A stretch of 37,298 bases of DNA from the NCBI GenBank assembly GCA_016839765.1, contig JAEOTP010000028.1:1-37298 (forward strand), read 5' to 3'. Within the stretch, counting starts at the first letter, position 1; every line of letters starts with the position of its first letter. A program made the position numbers and the translations under genes. Shown here piece after piece: positions 1-9,145 of this stretch. Under the pieces are notes generated by a model. That model did no database searches and was not told where the DNA came from. It was given only the letters and a program-made list of their open reading frames with translations. This DNA is from Promethearchaeota archaeon. Lineage in GTDB: Archaea; Asgardarchaeota; Lokiarchaeia; Sigyniarchaeales; SOKP01.

Positions 1-113
1 CTCATAGAATTAGGATTTGATTGATTTCAATCATTGATTTTTCATAATCATTTTAATTAATTTTATTATCTTTTATTAAATTAAGTACATTTAAGTAAAA
101 TAGGAGATCACAA

Positions 114-2756
114 TTGATATTAAAGATATTTATAATAGGTCCAGGTGGAATACCTTGTTATTCAAAGAATTTTTTTGAGCAAATTGATATTGAGGACAGT
201 ATTATTAGTGGATTTCTCACTGGAATTAGCCATTTCGCCAAAGAAATTAAAGGAGGAGAGATTAAGGCTCTAATCTTTAAAAATTTTAATTTTATATATT
301 CGTATTCGATTGAGTTTAATTGTATTTTTGTTATTGTTATAGATAAAGATGATTTAGAAGAAGACGCTAGATTGAAAGTTGAATTAATGAAAAGTGAATT
401 TGTTAAAAGATATCAACAATATTTAAAAAACTGGACAGGGAATGTTAGTGTCTTTGAAAGTTTTGATGACTTTATTGAGAAAAACATTTTTATTCCTCCT
501 AAAATAATATTAACTGGAGAAAATGGTGTAGGAAAAACCACTATCATGGATCTATTTCCTGGTGAAACAATTATAGAGTTAGATGATTATTCAAATGAAA
601 TTATCCAAAAGCCGATTGACTTTATTGATTTTGAAGAAATTAAACAGTGTATTATAAGAGAAATTGATTTAGAAGAATTAGTAAATAATACAAATAATTA
701 TAAAGATCTGTTAAATTCTGCAGATATCGTATTAATTGTAACAAATTCGGGAGCAAGTAATTTAGGGAGAACTCAAAAGCTAGCTTCCTTATTAAAACCT
801 AAAGTTCATAAATCAGATTTCTATATTATCGCAAACTTTCAAGATTTAAAAGACACTGCATTTGAGCCGGAAAAAATTGAAGAAATGTTTGATATAAAGA
901 CATTTGGCTTCTCTGCAAATAAAAAAGAATCTAAAAACCAAATAAGTTTTATTCTAAAGGAAATATTGCAGACTTCTATTTTACTTAAACAAGAAAAGAG
1001 ACATTTCATTGCCGAAGAAAAAGTAACTGCAATCAATGCTGAGGAAAAGGCAGGGATTGAGCAACCAGTAGAAAAATTTGAGGTAGACGTGGATTATGCT
1101 GATATTTGGAATCAAATAGAAGAAGCAAGAATGCTAGAAAAACAAGGAGAACATCTTGCATCTGCTGAAAAATTTTCTAGTGCGGCATCTCAGTTTAAAA
1201 ATCTGTGTTCAGATATAATAGATAATCAAGATAGAGAAGAATTAAATGCAATATATTATCTTTGCAAAGCATGGGAGTGTATGGAATTTGCTGAGGAATA
1301 TAATGATTCCAATAAGTTCACAGAAGCTGTGGAGCTATTTGATAAGGCTAGTGAGCACTTTGTTAATAATAAATCGAAGTTATTAGCCTTAGGAAATTCT
1401 GCTTTTTGCCAAGCTTTAGAACTAGGTTCTAAATTTGATAAGACAAGTGAAACATCAATTAAAGCAGAATATTACCCAAAAATTAAGATGATGCTCAGAA
1501 ATGCAGCTAATTTATATAGAAAAGGTGGATTTGAAAATGAAGCTGACTGGGCTTTAGCAACTTCAACTCATTTTGATGCAACGTGGCATATAATAAGAGC
1601 AGATGAAGAATTAAATCTTAATGAAAAGAAAGAACTATTAGAAATTGGTTCTGGCTTATTTAAATCTGCAGCACAATTATTTGGAAAAGCGGGATATAAA
1701 GATAAAGAAAAAGAAGTTTTAGATCGCTTAGACTTAGTAAAAAAAGAAGAAAAAATAATTGTATCAGCACTTAATACGATTAGAGAGCCGTTAATCTCCA
1801 AAGACACGCTGGATATTTTAACTCCTTCAATTCCCCAAAAAGATGAAGTTAAGAAAGTCAAAGAAAAAAGAACTAAAGAACAGAAATATAAATTAATCTA
1901 TAAGGATTTACTTAAAAAATACCCCAAAATTCAAAAAAGAGAATTTAGAGTCGGTGTTGCTCAAATAGGAGTGTCAAGTTCAGGAGATCTCATGAAAGAA
2001 TTTTATGAAGAAAAGGATTCTGGGTTATTAGGACTTCGGGAAGAAAAAGTTGAAATAATATTAGATAAAGTTAGAAATATGATTGAAAATGCTCATAATA
2101 ATGAAGTTAACATTCTCATATTTCCAGAAATATCCATAGATCTCAATTATGGTCACTTTTTAGAAGAAATATCAAATTTAGCAAAATCATTTGAGATGTT
2201 TATTATTCCTGGCTCATTTCACAATCTAGAAACGAAACAAAATATTAGTGTTGTAATTGGACCAGATGGAATTCTTTGGGAACAAGAAAAACATATTCCC
2301 GCAATTATACATTTTGGGGATAAAAAATTTGAAGAAGGAATAAAATTAGATGCATTTCCTAGACAAACTTTTGTTTGTAATACTGAGTTTGGGAGAATTG
2401 CCATAATAATATGCCGAGATTTTCTTGATATGGATTTACGTGTAGAATTAAAAAATTTCGAACCTCCAATAGACCTTATCTTCAACCCTGCATTCACTCC
2501 AGTTACAGAAGATTTCAAAGCAGCACATTTTGATGCCCGAAGATCAATTTATGCTTATTGTTTTTTTGTAAATATTGCTGAATTCGGTAATTCATTAATT
2601 TATACACCAGAAAAGGAACGAACCGAAAGAATTATCCCTCCAAAAGAAGAAAACCTAATTTACAAGGATATTGATCTGTTCAAACTTCGTTCAGAACGTA
2701 AGAAATGGGAAAAAGAAAAGAAAAAAAAGCGTCAATTTATCCAAAGTACACGATAA
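114..2756 (+). CDS. Multidomain protein: longin, degenerate small GTPase, TPR/SNAP-like helical region, nitrilase (carbon-nitrogen hydrolase)
   Basis: N-terminus ILKIFIIGPGGIPCYS..IISGFLTGISHFAKEI is longin-like. P-loop GENGVGKT; G4-like ANFQD; G5-like FSA. Ala-rich helices follow. C-terminal FRVGVAQ, FPE672, QEK726H and IC767RD form the nitrilase Glu-Lys-Cys triad. TTG start with AGGAG upstream. Confidence 0.85.
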   Translation: MILKIFIIGPGGIPCYSKNFFEQIDIEDSIISGFLTGISHFAKEIKGGEIKALIFKNFNFIYSYSIEFNCIFVIVIDKDDLEEDARLKVELMKSEFVKRYQQYLKNWTGNVSVFESFDDFIEKNIFIPPKIILTGENGVGKTTIMDLFPGETIIELDDYSNEIIQKPIDFIDFEEIKQCIIREIDLEELVNNTNNYKDLLNSADIVLIVTNSGASNLGRTQKLASLLKPKVHKSDFYIIANFQDLKDTAFEPEKIEEMFDIKTFGFSANKKESKNQISFILKEILQTSILLKQEKRHFIAEEKVTAINAEEKAGIEQPVEKFEVDVDYADIWNQIEEARMLEKQGEHLASAEKFSSAASQFKNLCSDIIDNQDREELNAIYYLCKAWECMEFAEEYNDSNKFTEAVELFDKASEHFVNNKSKLLALGNSAFCQALELGSKFDKTSETSIKAEYYPKIKMMLRNAANLYRKGGFENEADWALATSTHFDATWHIIRADEELNLNEKKELLEIGSGLFKSAAQLFGKAGYKDKEKEVLDRLDLVKKEEKIIVSALNTIREPLISKDTLDILTPSIPQKDEVKKVKEKRTKEQKYKLIYKDLLKKYPKIQKREFRVGVAQIGVSSSGDLMKEFYEEKDSGLLGLREEKVEIILDKVRNMIENAHNNEVNILIFPEISIDLNYGHFLEEISNLAKSFEMFIIPGSFHNLETKQNISVVIGPDGILWEQEKHIPAIIHFGDKKFEEGIKLDAFPRQTFVCNTEFGRIAIIICRDFLDMDLRVELKNFEPPIDLIFNPAFTPVTEDFKAAHFDARRSIYAYCFFVNIAEFGNSLIYTPEKERTERIIPPKEENLIYKDIDLFKLRSERKKWEKEKKKKRQFIQSTR

Positions 2757-2916
2757 TAAATTTAATGTTTATAATTTTGAAAAATCTAATGATTTTTAAA
2801 AAAAATGTCGCTTGACAAAGATTTCATATTTTCAGTTCTTACAAAAAAATTTAATATCATTGAAAAGGCAATATTGTAATAATAGATGATTAAATTGTAA
2901 TCGCTGGATAAATATA

Positions 2917-3177
2917 TTATAGTTGTCCTCCGACAACCCTTGCCCATAGTGATAATTTGTCATTTTCTTGAAGACCAAATTTATGTATTGCATCTTCAAT
3001 TGATATTGAATTGGGCAATTCTTTCTCATGAAGTACTAAAGTATATGAGCGTTGCTCTGCACTTATAATTCCCATATGCTTAATAACTATATCTATAATA
3101 CGTTCAATTAGATGATGTTCTTTAACATCTAACTTTATTAACTTACCGGTTCTCGTATCTTCAACGGATAATCTCAT
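2917..3177 (-). CDS. Ubiquitin-like (beta-grasp) protein with C-terminal GG plus a 2-residue extension
   Basis: 86 aa. MRLSVEDTRTGKLIKLDV resembles the ubiquitin N-terminal hairpin; GLQENDKLSLWARVVGG-QL resembles the ubiquitin C-terminus. Confidence 0.85.
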   Translation of the reverse strand: MRLSVEDTRTGKLIKLDVKEHHLIERIIDIVIKHMGIISAEQRSYTLVLHEKELPNSISIEDAIHKFGLQENDKLSLWARVVGGQL

Positions 3178-3303
3178 TAAAGTATCATTTTTTATTTTTT
3201 AATGGTTTTAACTTAAATAATAATGAAATAATTTTTAAATTTCATCTATTTGATGTTTCTGTAATATAATAATTATTTTGTAAATCCTCTAAGTAGATGT
3301 TGG

Positions 3304-4344
3304 TTAATCTTTAGTTTTTTCAGGTTTTTTAAAACTTGCTTCAACCTCCTCCATTTCAAACGGTTTAGAAGGCTTAGATTTATCAATTGGCTCATTACAA
3401 GCCCAACAAGCATTTTCCATGGTAGATAAAGTGCGAGCACAGTTTTCACAATATAGAGCATCACAACCAGTGCAAATATACGTATTAAATCCCCCAACTC
3501 CTCCTTTACACACTAAGCATATCTTTTGTTCCTTATAATAAGTAACTTCTTCTTCAGTAATTTGAGCAGGTCTTTTTCTTATTCTAAATAAAGAATCTTC
3601 AATTTTAATTTCTTCTTTAGGTTTTTCTTTTATATGTTTCTCAGGTTCTTCTCTTAATCCCAAATATACAAACAAAAAACTACTCATAGCTCCTATTCTA
3701 ACTAAAACTAAAACTATACTAAATGTAAAACTATCAAGCATCCCAAAAACAAGAACAAGAAAAACTGATACTGATAAATAGACAAATTTTTTTCTAATTA
3801 CACCTTCAGATTTAATTCCTTTGTATATATATACCAATTCTGAAAAACCTAGAAGTATGAGAAAATTGAGTAAACCTAAAAAACTTGAGATAGTTGCTGG
3901 ATTGAGCCCTGCTTTATGAATAAAACCAGTTAGTGGCGGTTCTATAAATATTACGACACCTAATGGATTTAAAATTGTTCCAACCATGGTAAAGCCAATA
4001 TAAGCTAAATACGGAATTAAAATATACCATTTCTTTTTAGCTGCAATAAACTCTGCAGCAATATAAAATAGAAAAATACTAGCAATAGGAGCTGATAACC
4101 ACATTAAATATACATATAGGACCTTATTTATACTAATGGATGTCAACAACACAGAAAAGAATTCAATCACAATTGCCAACCAAGCTGTAGCTACAAATAT
4201 TTGACTTAAACTATAAAGGGTAAGAAGTCTAATTTTTAATTTTCTTGATTTATAGAAGAAATAAATTCCTAAACTATACCCAAATATAAGAATTCCAAAT
4301 GTTGATATACCAATAAGCCAATCTTCAGCTGAAAAGTTTACCAT
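3304..4344 (-). CDS. Seven-transmembrane protein with C-terminal C4C4 RING-like zinc finger (candidate membrane E3 ligase)
   Basis: About 7 hydrophobic segments in aa 1-230, then C-x2-C-x11-C-x2-C-x4-C-x2-C-x10-C-x2-C at aa 276-316. AGGTGA ribosome-binding site upstream. Confidence 0.75.
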   Translation of the reverse strand: MVNFSAEDWLIGISTFGILIFGYSLGIYFFYKSRKLKIRLLTLYSLSQIFVATAWLAIVIEFFSVLLTSISINKVLYVYLMWLSAPIASIFLFYIAAEFIAAKKKWYILIPYLAYIGFTMVGTILNPLGVVIFIEPPLTGFIHKAGLNPATISSFLGLLNFLILLGFSELVYIYKGIKSEGVIRKKFVYLSVSVFLVLVFGMLDSFTFSIVLVLVRIGAMSSFLFVYLGLREEPEKHIKEKPKEEIKIEDSLFRIRKRPAQITEEEVTYYKEQKICLVCKGGVGGFNTYICTGCDALYCENCARTLSTMENACWACNEPIDKSKPSKPFEMEEVEASFKKPEKTKD

Positions 4345-4406
4345 TTTAGAATTTCACCTATTTAAATTTTTATTTTAAATTAAAAGTAATTTAATTAATT
4401 TAGTAT

Positions 4407-4422
4407 TTAGACGAAGTTTTAT
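4407..4422. repeat. Left arm of a perfect 16-bp inverted repeat (TTAGACGAAGTTTTAT)
   Basis: Exact reverse complement at 4883-4898. Confidence 0.85.
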
Positions 4423-4530
4423 AAAAAGTTAACTTTTGTGTTAAAAAAAGTAAAAAATCTTCTTTATATTTCTCTTAGTTTTTATCATATTAAAATTTAA
4501 AAAAAAGAGAGAAAAAAAATTGAACTTTTA

Positions 4531-4761
4531 TTATTTTAAGTCTTTTAATCCAAACTTAAACTTTTCTGGATGCAAAAGATAATATCCCATTGTTTGCTTC
4601 CAATTTTTTATAGTTCTTTGCATTTGTACAGGGTCTTGATCAGTTTCTAAAGTAGTAAATAAATCTACTTCCTTTTTTACTCTCTCTTTTACTTCATCTA
4701 AAACTTTGTATTTAGGAAAATCTTTTAAAATAGGGGTTATTTTTTCTTCAATTACTACCAT
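4531..4761 (-). CDS. Small hypothetical protein (76 aa)
   Basis: ATG start with strong GGAGGAAG site at 4769-4776 on the minus strand; fills an otherwise empty intergenic gap. Confidence 0.7.
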   Translation of the reverse strand: MVVIEEKITPILKDFPKYKVLDEVKERVKKEVDLFTTLETDQDPVQMQRTIKNWKQTMGYYLLHPEKFKFGLKDLK

Positions 4762-4882
4762 TTTTTATCTTCCTCCATATTGTTTTATTTTTTAATTTAT
4801 AGATTGTTTAAAGGATTAATTAATGTTGTGTATAAAATATTAAAGGTTAATCAAGAAGTTTAAACAAATTAAACAATATTAA

Positions 4883-4898
4883 ATAAAACTTCGTCTAA
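4883..4898. repeat. Right arm of a perfect 16-bp inverted repeat (ATAAAACTTCGTCTAA)
   Basis: Exact reverse complement at 4407-4422; ends 9 bp before the ATG at 4908. Confidence 0.85.
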
Positions 4899-4907
4899 TA
4901 AGTAATT

Positions 4908-5798
4908 ATGGAAAGTTTTTTTCGTAAACTGCAAAAAATCAGTGGTTCATTTTTTGTAAGTCTCCCTAAAAAATGGATCGAAAACTTTAATTTAGAAAGC
5001 AAATCACCAGTTAGAATTGACATTCGTAGTGATGGATCTTTATTAATCTCACCAAAAATAATCCAACAAGAAAAATATCTTAAAGATGAATTGATACTTC
5101 AAATTAGTCCATATGTTCCCAGAGAAATTGTAAAGCATAGTTTATCGGGACAAACTAACATCGTTGTAATTTCAGATAAAGAGATTGATAAAGATTTAAA
5201 AAGTGAAATTAGATGGTTAGTTAACGGACTTCCTAATACCGAAATAATTGAAGATCATCGACAAAGGATTGTCATCCAGAATTTTGGATACAAGAAAATT
5301 CCCACAAAAAAATTAATACAACGTCAATTGTATTTAATAACTGATATGTTTGAGAATTTATTGGATAATATTATTGAAGAATTAAAAGATAACTTCAAGC
5401 AACTAAGAAGATTTTATTTTATATTAGTTACCCATATTAGAACATATCTTAGGACAGGAGTATATGTTTCAGAAGATAGTGATTTTACCCCACTCGAAGC
5501 TATGGATCTTCGAATGTTTTGTGAAAAAATTGAAGATATTGGTATTATTTTAAGGGATTTGCGTCTCAGTGAAAATGTAATTGAATTTTTTCAGGAGATA
5601 CAACAATATTTTAATGAAGTAATGACCGCATATCTCAAAAAAGATTTAGAATTGGCACACCATTCATGGTTAAAAAAAGACCAGTTGGTCGTTAAAGCAA
5701 ACTCTTTAATAGAAGAATTAAATTATGACGATAAGGATAAGATTAAGGATATGATAAAAATTGCAAAACATTGTAAAGATATGGCAGCTTTAATTTAG
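4908..5798 (+). CDS. AbrB/MazE-domain, PhoU-family transcriptional regulator
   Basis: RKLQKISGSFFVSLPKKW..DGSLLISP is an AbrB swapped hairpin; the helical C-terminus with EKIEDI is PhoU-like. Confidence 0.85.
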   Translation: MESFFRKLQKISGSFFVSLPKKWIENFNLESKSPVRIDIRSDGSLLISPKIIQQEKYLKDELILQISPYVPREIVKHSLSGQTNIVVISDKEIDKDLKSEIRWLVNGLPNTEIIEDHRQRIVIQNFGYKKIPTKKLIQRQLYLITDMFENLLDNIIEELKDNFKQLRRFYFILVTHIRTYLRTGVYVSEDSDFTPLEAMDLRMFCEKIEDIGIILRDLRLSENVIEFFQEIQQYFNEVMTAYLKKDLELAHHSWLKKDQLVVKANSLIEELNYDDKDKIKDMIKIAKHCKDMAALI

Positions 5799-5893
5799 CT
5801 TATCTTATAATGAGTAGGTCTAATGTTATTTTTTGGTTAGATATGATTAAATGAATTCTGAAAACAAAAAGATTTTATTAATTAATTTAATTC

Positions 5894-6493
5894 TTAATAT
5901 ATTTTGAAAATAATATCGTTTAAAGCTCTTTTTGGAACATGCATGCGCCCCTCCTCATCTTTCCAATATTTAAAAGATTCCTTGAAAGGTTCCATTACTG
6001 ATTTTTCATCAGGATAACCTAAGCTAATTACGTGCGTTATCTTATAAAAATCAGGGATATCTAATAACGTTCTAATTTTATTATGATTTATTGAACCCAT
6101 CCAACAAGTGCCCAGATTAAAATTGATTGCTCCTAATAATATATTCTCGACAGCGGCACCAATATCATAATCAACATAAGATTGTTTAATTTTGGTGTTA
6201 ACAAGTACTATAATATATGCTGTTGGTTCTCTTCCACTTTCAGGAGTTCTTTCATTTTTAGGTAAAGATCTTGCCCATTTTAGCAATGAAAATAATTTTT
6301 TACACATTTCATCATTTTTAACAATAATAAATTCTAGAGCCTGAACATTTCGAGCTGCGGGGGCTATTCGTGCAAAATCTATGAGTTTTTTTAAGATCTC
6401 AATAGATATAGGGTTTTGTTTAAATCTACGAATAGTTCTTCTTTTATATACGATTTCTTCATAATTCATTTTAGTTAAGTAAGAGTTAATCAT
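5894..6493 (-). CDS. Nitroreductase family protein (start possibly the ATG at 6469)
   Basis: RRTIRRF, APAARNVQ, DIGAAVENILL, LGTCWMG and ISLGYP motifs. Confidence 0.92.
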   Translation of the reverse strand: MINSYLTKMNYEEIVYKRRTIRRFKQNPISIEILKKLIDFARIAPAARNVQALEFIIVKNDEMCKKLFSLLKWARSLPKNERTPESGREPTAYIIVLVNTKIKQSYVDYDIGAAVENILLGAINFNLGTCWMGSINHNKIRTLLDIPDFYKITHVISLGYPDEKSVMEPFKESFKYWKDEEGRMHVPKRALNDIIFKIY

Positions 6494-6529
6494 ACTTAAA
6501 TGATATTAATCAAAAGGAAATTAGTTATC

Positions 6530-7594
6530 TTAATTATTCATCGAGGGAATTTTCTTTAATTCTATTAACTGTTTTGCGATATCATAAAATGCATTTTCGA
6601 CATTTTGTCCAGTTAAGGCAGAAATTTCAATATATTTAAGATTTAAGGCTTCTGCTAATTTTGTAGCCGTTGTATTTTTCACTTTTCTTTTAATTACTAA
6701 ATCAAGTTTATTTCCAAAAATAAATCCTACTATAGATATTTTATCACTAAGATGGCTTTTTATGTCTTTATACCAAGCTGAGATATTCTCAAAACTTTTT
6801 GGGTTAGTTAAATCATAAATCAAAATAATACCATTTATCCCTTGGTAAAAATGCTTTCTCATAGTTTGGAATTTACTCTGACCTGCTATATCCCATATAA
6901 TAAGTTCTACAAAGTCATTATCAACCTGAAAATTTTTATCGCTAATATTGGTTCCCATTGTAGGCACGTACACTCTACTAAAAGCGTTATCGGTAAATCT
7001 TAATATTGTTGATGTTTTTCCTACACCTGGATCTCCTACAACAGCTAATTTAAATTTATAGCTAGCTTCTATTCTTTCTTTTTCGATTGATTCTGGAAAT
7101 TCTTCTCCTGTAGTTAGGGATAGTTCTTTTTTTCTTAATTCTTCAATTAAATCAAGAACATTATTTCTTAATTGATTAATTTCTAAAAATATATCTTTAT
7201 CAATAGCGTCAGAGTTTTCTAATTCAATTATTTTTTTAGAAGTATTAGAAAATAAAGTTTCAAGATAGCTAATGTATTTATAAAAAATTACATCCTCAGC
7301 TTGTCTAAATAGAAAAGTAATTGCCGATCTAGCAGATTTTCCTCTTCTTTTATCGTCTTTTCTTTCTATATATTTTACAATTCCTTTCAGTTTAATAGAT
7401 GGAAATGGAAAAATGATTAAAGAATCAGGTGTGTATCCATAGCTACCAGAAAGTAGCGTAACAGCTTTAATACTTACTAACATATTTACATTTTCAGGAA
7501 GATCAGAAGGATAGCAATAAACTGGATTAGGACCAAGTTCATCATGTAGATCCGTATAAATTATTGCATGAATTAACTCTTTACGTGACATCAC
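6530..7594 (-). CDS. uDENN/longin domain fused to a Rab-like small GTPase
   Basis: N-terminal IIYTDLHDELGPNPVYCYP; GTPase motifs GDPGVGKT, YVPTMG, WDIAGQ, GNKLD, EISAL. Confidence 0.9.
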   Translation of the reverse strand: MMSRKELIHAIIYTDLHDELGPNPVYCYPSDLPENVNMLVSIKAVTLLSGSYGYTPDSLIIFPFPSIKLKGIVKYIERKDDKRRGKSARSAITFLFRQAEDVIFYKYISYLETLFSNTSKKIIELENSDAIDKDIFLEINQLRNNVLDLIEELRKKELSLTTGEEFPESIEKERIEASYKFKLAVVGDPGVGKTSTILRFTDNAFSRVYVPTMGTNISDKNFQVDNDFVELIIWDIAGQSKFQTMRKHFYQGINGIILIYDLTNPKSFENISAWYKDIKSHLSDKISIVGFIFGNKLDLVIKRKVKNTTATKLAEALNLKYIEISALTGQNVENAFYDIAKQLIELKKIPSMNN

Positions 7595-7832
7595 TTTCTT
7601 ATACGCTATATCTAATTTGAAAATAATAAAAATATTTTTCCAAATACTAAATACATAAAATGTTTTGATTATTTATATTTGGGTATCTAGAATATTATCT
7701 ACTCAAATATTAAATATAAAAAATTTGTTATATGATTATCATCGCCTAGTTTAATAAAATTAAAGAACCCAACTATTTTCATCTTTAGATTATGGAAGTT
7801 TATAAAAAACATTATTTTAAGACAGTAAAAGT

Positions 7833-9080
7833 TTAATAGAACAAATCTTCTGCTCTTTCCAAAAGTATCTGGTTAATTTCTGGATAGAATTTGTAGAATA
7901 ATTCAATGTCAAAAGCAAAACTTATACCACGATTAAACATCAATATTACCCCAAAGGTGCCCTTTTCATTTTCATTTATAAACATATTAGCAAGGTAACC
8001 TGGAGTTGCTCCATCATGTCCTCGAAAATTATTCTCGTAAATGAGCCAACCTAGTCCATAACCATCTAGATCAAAACCCAAATAAGGGCCAGTAAGCGAA
8101 ACTTGTTTTTCACTCATTAGTTCGACACTCTTTGGTTTTAGGATTTGAGTTTCGTTAACTTTCCCTAGATTCATATGAGCGATCATGTATTTTGCCATAT
8201 TTGGCACAGTACTTCTCAATGAACCAGCCCCTGATGGTGCCCAGTTGTAAAGAGGTATTTCATAAATCCTATTACCAATCCTTTCATAAGGAATAGCATT
8301 CTTTCCAACAAAATCCGTGAAGTTACATCCGCTATTTATCATGTTTAAAGGATCAAGGATGTTTTCTTGATAATAATTTGGTAATGACTGATTTGTAATT
8401 TGTTCAATTAAATATCCAAGTAAAATAAAACCCGTATTAGAATAGAGAAAGTGGGAACCCGGTTCTGAATCCCAATTGTGGGAAGAATAATATAAACCTG
8501 TAGAGGTAAAAGAACCATTTAGGAACTCTTCTAGAGAAGGTCTAGGTTCCCAATAAGTGATATTAGTTCCTAAGTTATTATTCATCCATCCGATTGTAGT
8601 ATTGTCAAAATACCATTGAAGAGCGTAAGAGAGATCTCTTGCTAAACCTGCTGTGTGTGATAAAAGCATTCGAATTGTTATTGGAGTACTAGTATAGTTT
8701 GGGTGCTTCACGTCAAATGGGAGATAATCATTAATATCATCATCTAAATTAAACAAATTACTTTCATTAAGTTGAAGTATTGCAGTTGCTGTAAATGTTT
8801 TAGTAATTGAACCTATCATGTAAACTGTATCTAAATCGGGTTGTTCACCATAACCTTTTGCCCAAACTAGAGTATCATTAATAACAATCCCTGCTGCCAA
8901 TGATGGAATTTTATAGTTTCCCATAATCACCTGAATCTTAATATCAAAAAATTTTTCATCGGTAATAATAAAAGCAGTAATAATAAAATAAGATACAATT
9001 CCAGCACTAACAATACCAGATGCTATAATTAATACAACTAAGAGCTTTTTATTAAGTTTCATTTTTCTAATTTTTTCCAT
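7833..9080 (-). CDS. Membrane-anchored serine hydrolase (beta-lactamase class C/PBP-like)
   Basis: N-terminal transmembrane anchor; SITK (SxxK), YSN, LLSHTAG and GHDG motifs. Confidence 0.9.
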   Translation of the reverse strand: MEKIRKMKLNKKLLVVLIIASGIVSAGIVSYFIITAFIITDEKFFDIKIQVIMGNYKIPSLAAGIVINDTLVWAKGYGEQPDLDTVYMIGSITKTFTATAILQLNESNLFNLDDDINDYLPFDVKHPNYTSTPITIRMLLSHTAGLARDLSYALQWYFDNTTIGWMNNNLGTNITYWEPRPSLEEFLNGSFTSTGLYYSSHNWDSEPGSHFLYSNTGFILLGYLIEQITNQSLPNYYQENILDPLNMINSGCNFTDFVGKNAIPYERIGNRIYEIPLYNWAPSGAGSLRSTVPNMAKYMIAHMNLGKVNETQILKPKSVELMSEKQVSLTGPYLGFDLDGYGLGWLIYENNFRGHDGATPGYLANMFINENEKGTFGVILMFNRGISFAFDIELFYKFYPEINQILLERAEDLFY

Positions 9081-9145
9081 TTTTCTTCTAATTTAATTTT
9101 TTTCATAATTTGAGTATTTATAAAATTCAAAAAATATAATCTGAT

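Noticed and set aside
2806-2880. 24-codon ORF MSLDKDFIFSVLTKKFNIIEKAIL
   Set aside because: Too short, no ribosome-binding site and no motif.
7677-9116. 9-bp inverted matches (TACTCAAAT / ATTTGAGTA) around the serine hydrolase gene
   Set aside because: Too short to be significant in such AT-rich DNA.
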